DNA of 64,000 bases from Felis catus (Eukaryota): NCBI RefSeq assembly GCF_018350175.1, contig NC_058368.1, forward strand, positions 189,288,001 through 189,352,000. Direction: 5' to 3'. Of this stretch, positions 63,350-64,000 are shown one piece after another. The position numbers were made by a program, and so were the translations under genes. The first letter of the stretch is position 1; every line of letters starts with the position of its first letter. The notes beneath the pieces are model-generated. The model was not told the origin of the DNA, did not search any database, and saw only the letters and a program-made list of their open reading frames with translations.

Positions 63350-63985
63350 TTTTCACTGTATATCTAATCCATTAAATAATCCTGTGGATTCTAAAACCCA
63401 GCCACTCATCTTCCCCATGCCTGCCTCTACCCTCCTCATTGTCCCCATGACCTGTCACCTGAGACTGTCTCCTTATAACTCCCTGCTTCCATATCCTATG
63501 ATTTCCCCACTGCAGAGCCATCTTTTCTAAACATAAATCAAAACCCATCTCTTCTCTGCTTCCATCTTTCTGATGGCTTCCTGACAGATAAAATCCAAGC
63601 TCCTCATCATGCCCTAAAATGCTCTATGTGATCTGGCCTCTTCCCACCCCTGTGAGCTCAATTTCCTTGCACATCCCCCCCTGCTCAGCTCTGCCTAGCT
63701 ATGCTGGAGCTCTTGCTGCTCCCTCAACAAGGCAAGCTCACGACCATCCCACCACTTGCCCTTGAGTTTTTTTTTTCTCAGTTTTCCCATGATCCTCTCT
63801 CTTTTATTCAGATCTGTCCTCAAACAACTCCCCTTCAGACAGTCTTTATTAAGCATACTACTTTCCCCACCCCTACTCCCCACTACTAATCTCTGTCCTC
63901 TTACCTTGCTTCACTCTTTTTTTTATAATACTTATCAAAACTTTGCTGTGTAGATGCTGCTCTTATTCTTTATCTCTTCTTCTAT
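63350..63985 (+). mobile_element. L2 fragment
   Basis: ccactgcagagccatcttttctaaacataaatca...gatggcttcc...ataaaatccaagctcctc...tgtgatctggcc. Confidence 0.7.
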
Positions 63986-64000
63986 AATGTTACTTTCTTA

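Overview
Felid (cat-family) non-coding genomic DNA, intronic or intergenic. It is AT-rich, CpG-depleted and densely populated by transposable elements. The clade call rests on at least 15 carnivore tRNA-derived SINEs (CAN/SINEC_Fc type) and felid-type L1 3' ends. I found no host protein-coding exon, RNA gene or CpG island. The only real coding remnants are the disrupted ORF1 and ORF2 of a full-length ~6.8-kb L1 (56067-62914) and shorter L1 ORF2 fragments. The rest is older mammalian repeats (L2, MIR, CR1/L3, MaLR/ERVL LTRs, hAT MITEs), microsatellites and a few repeat-free, motif-rich stretches that may be enhancers. Repeat family names were assigned from recalled consensus sequences, not a database search, so subfamily labels and the edges of old elements are approximate. 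I cannot support a new biological system here. The most unusual signals are: (1) a young antisense L1 truncated almost exactly at the position homologous to its insertion site in an older L1, which creates a ~250-bp-arm palindrome; (2) the full-length L1 nested in a SINE tail, itself inside an L2; (3) two fold-back (template-switch-like) structures inside LTRs; and (4) clustered HOX/TALE-type motifs in unique sequence.
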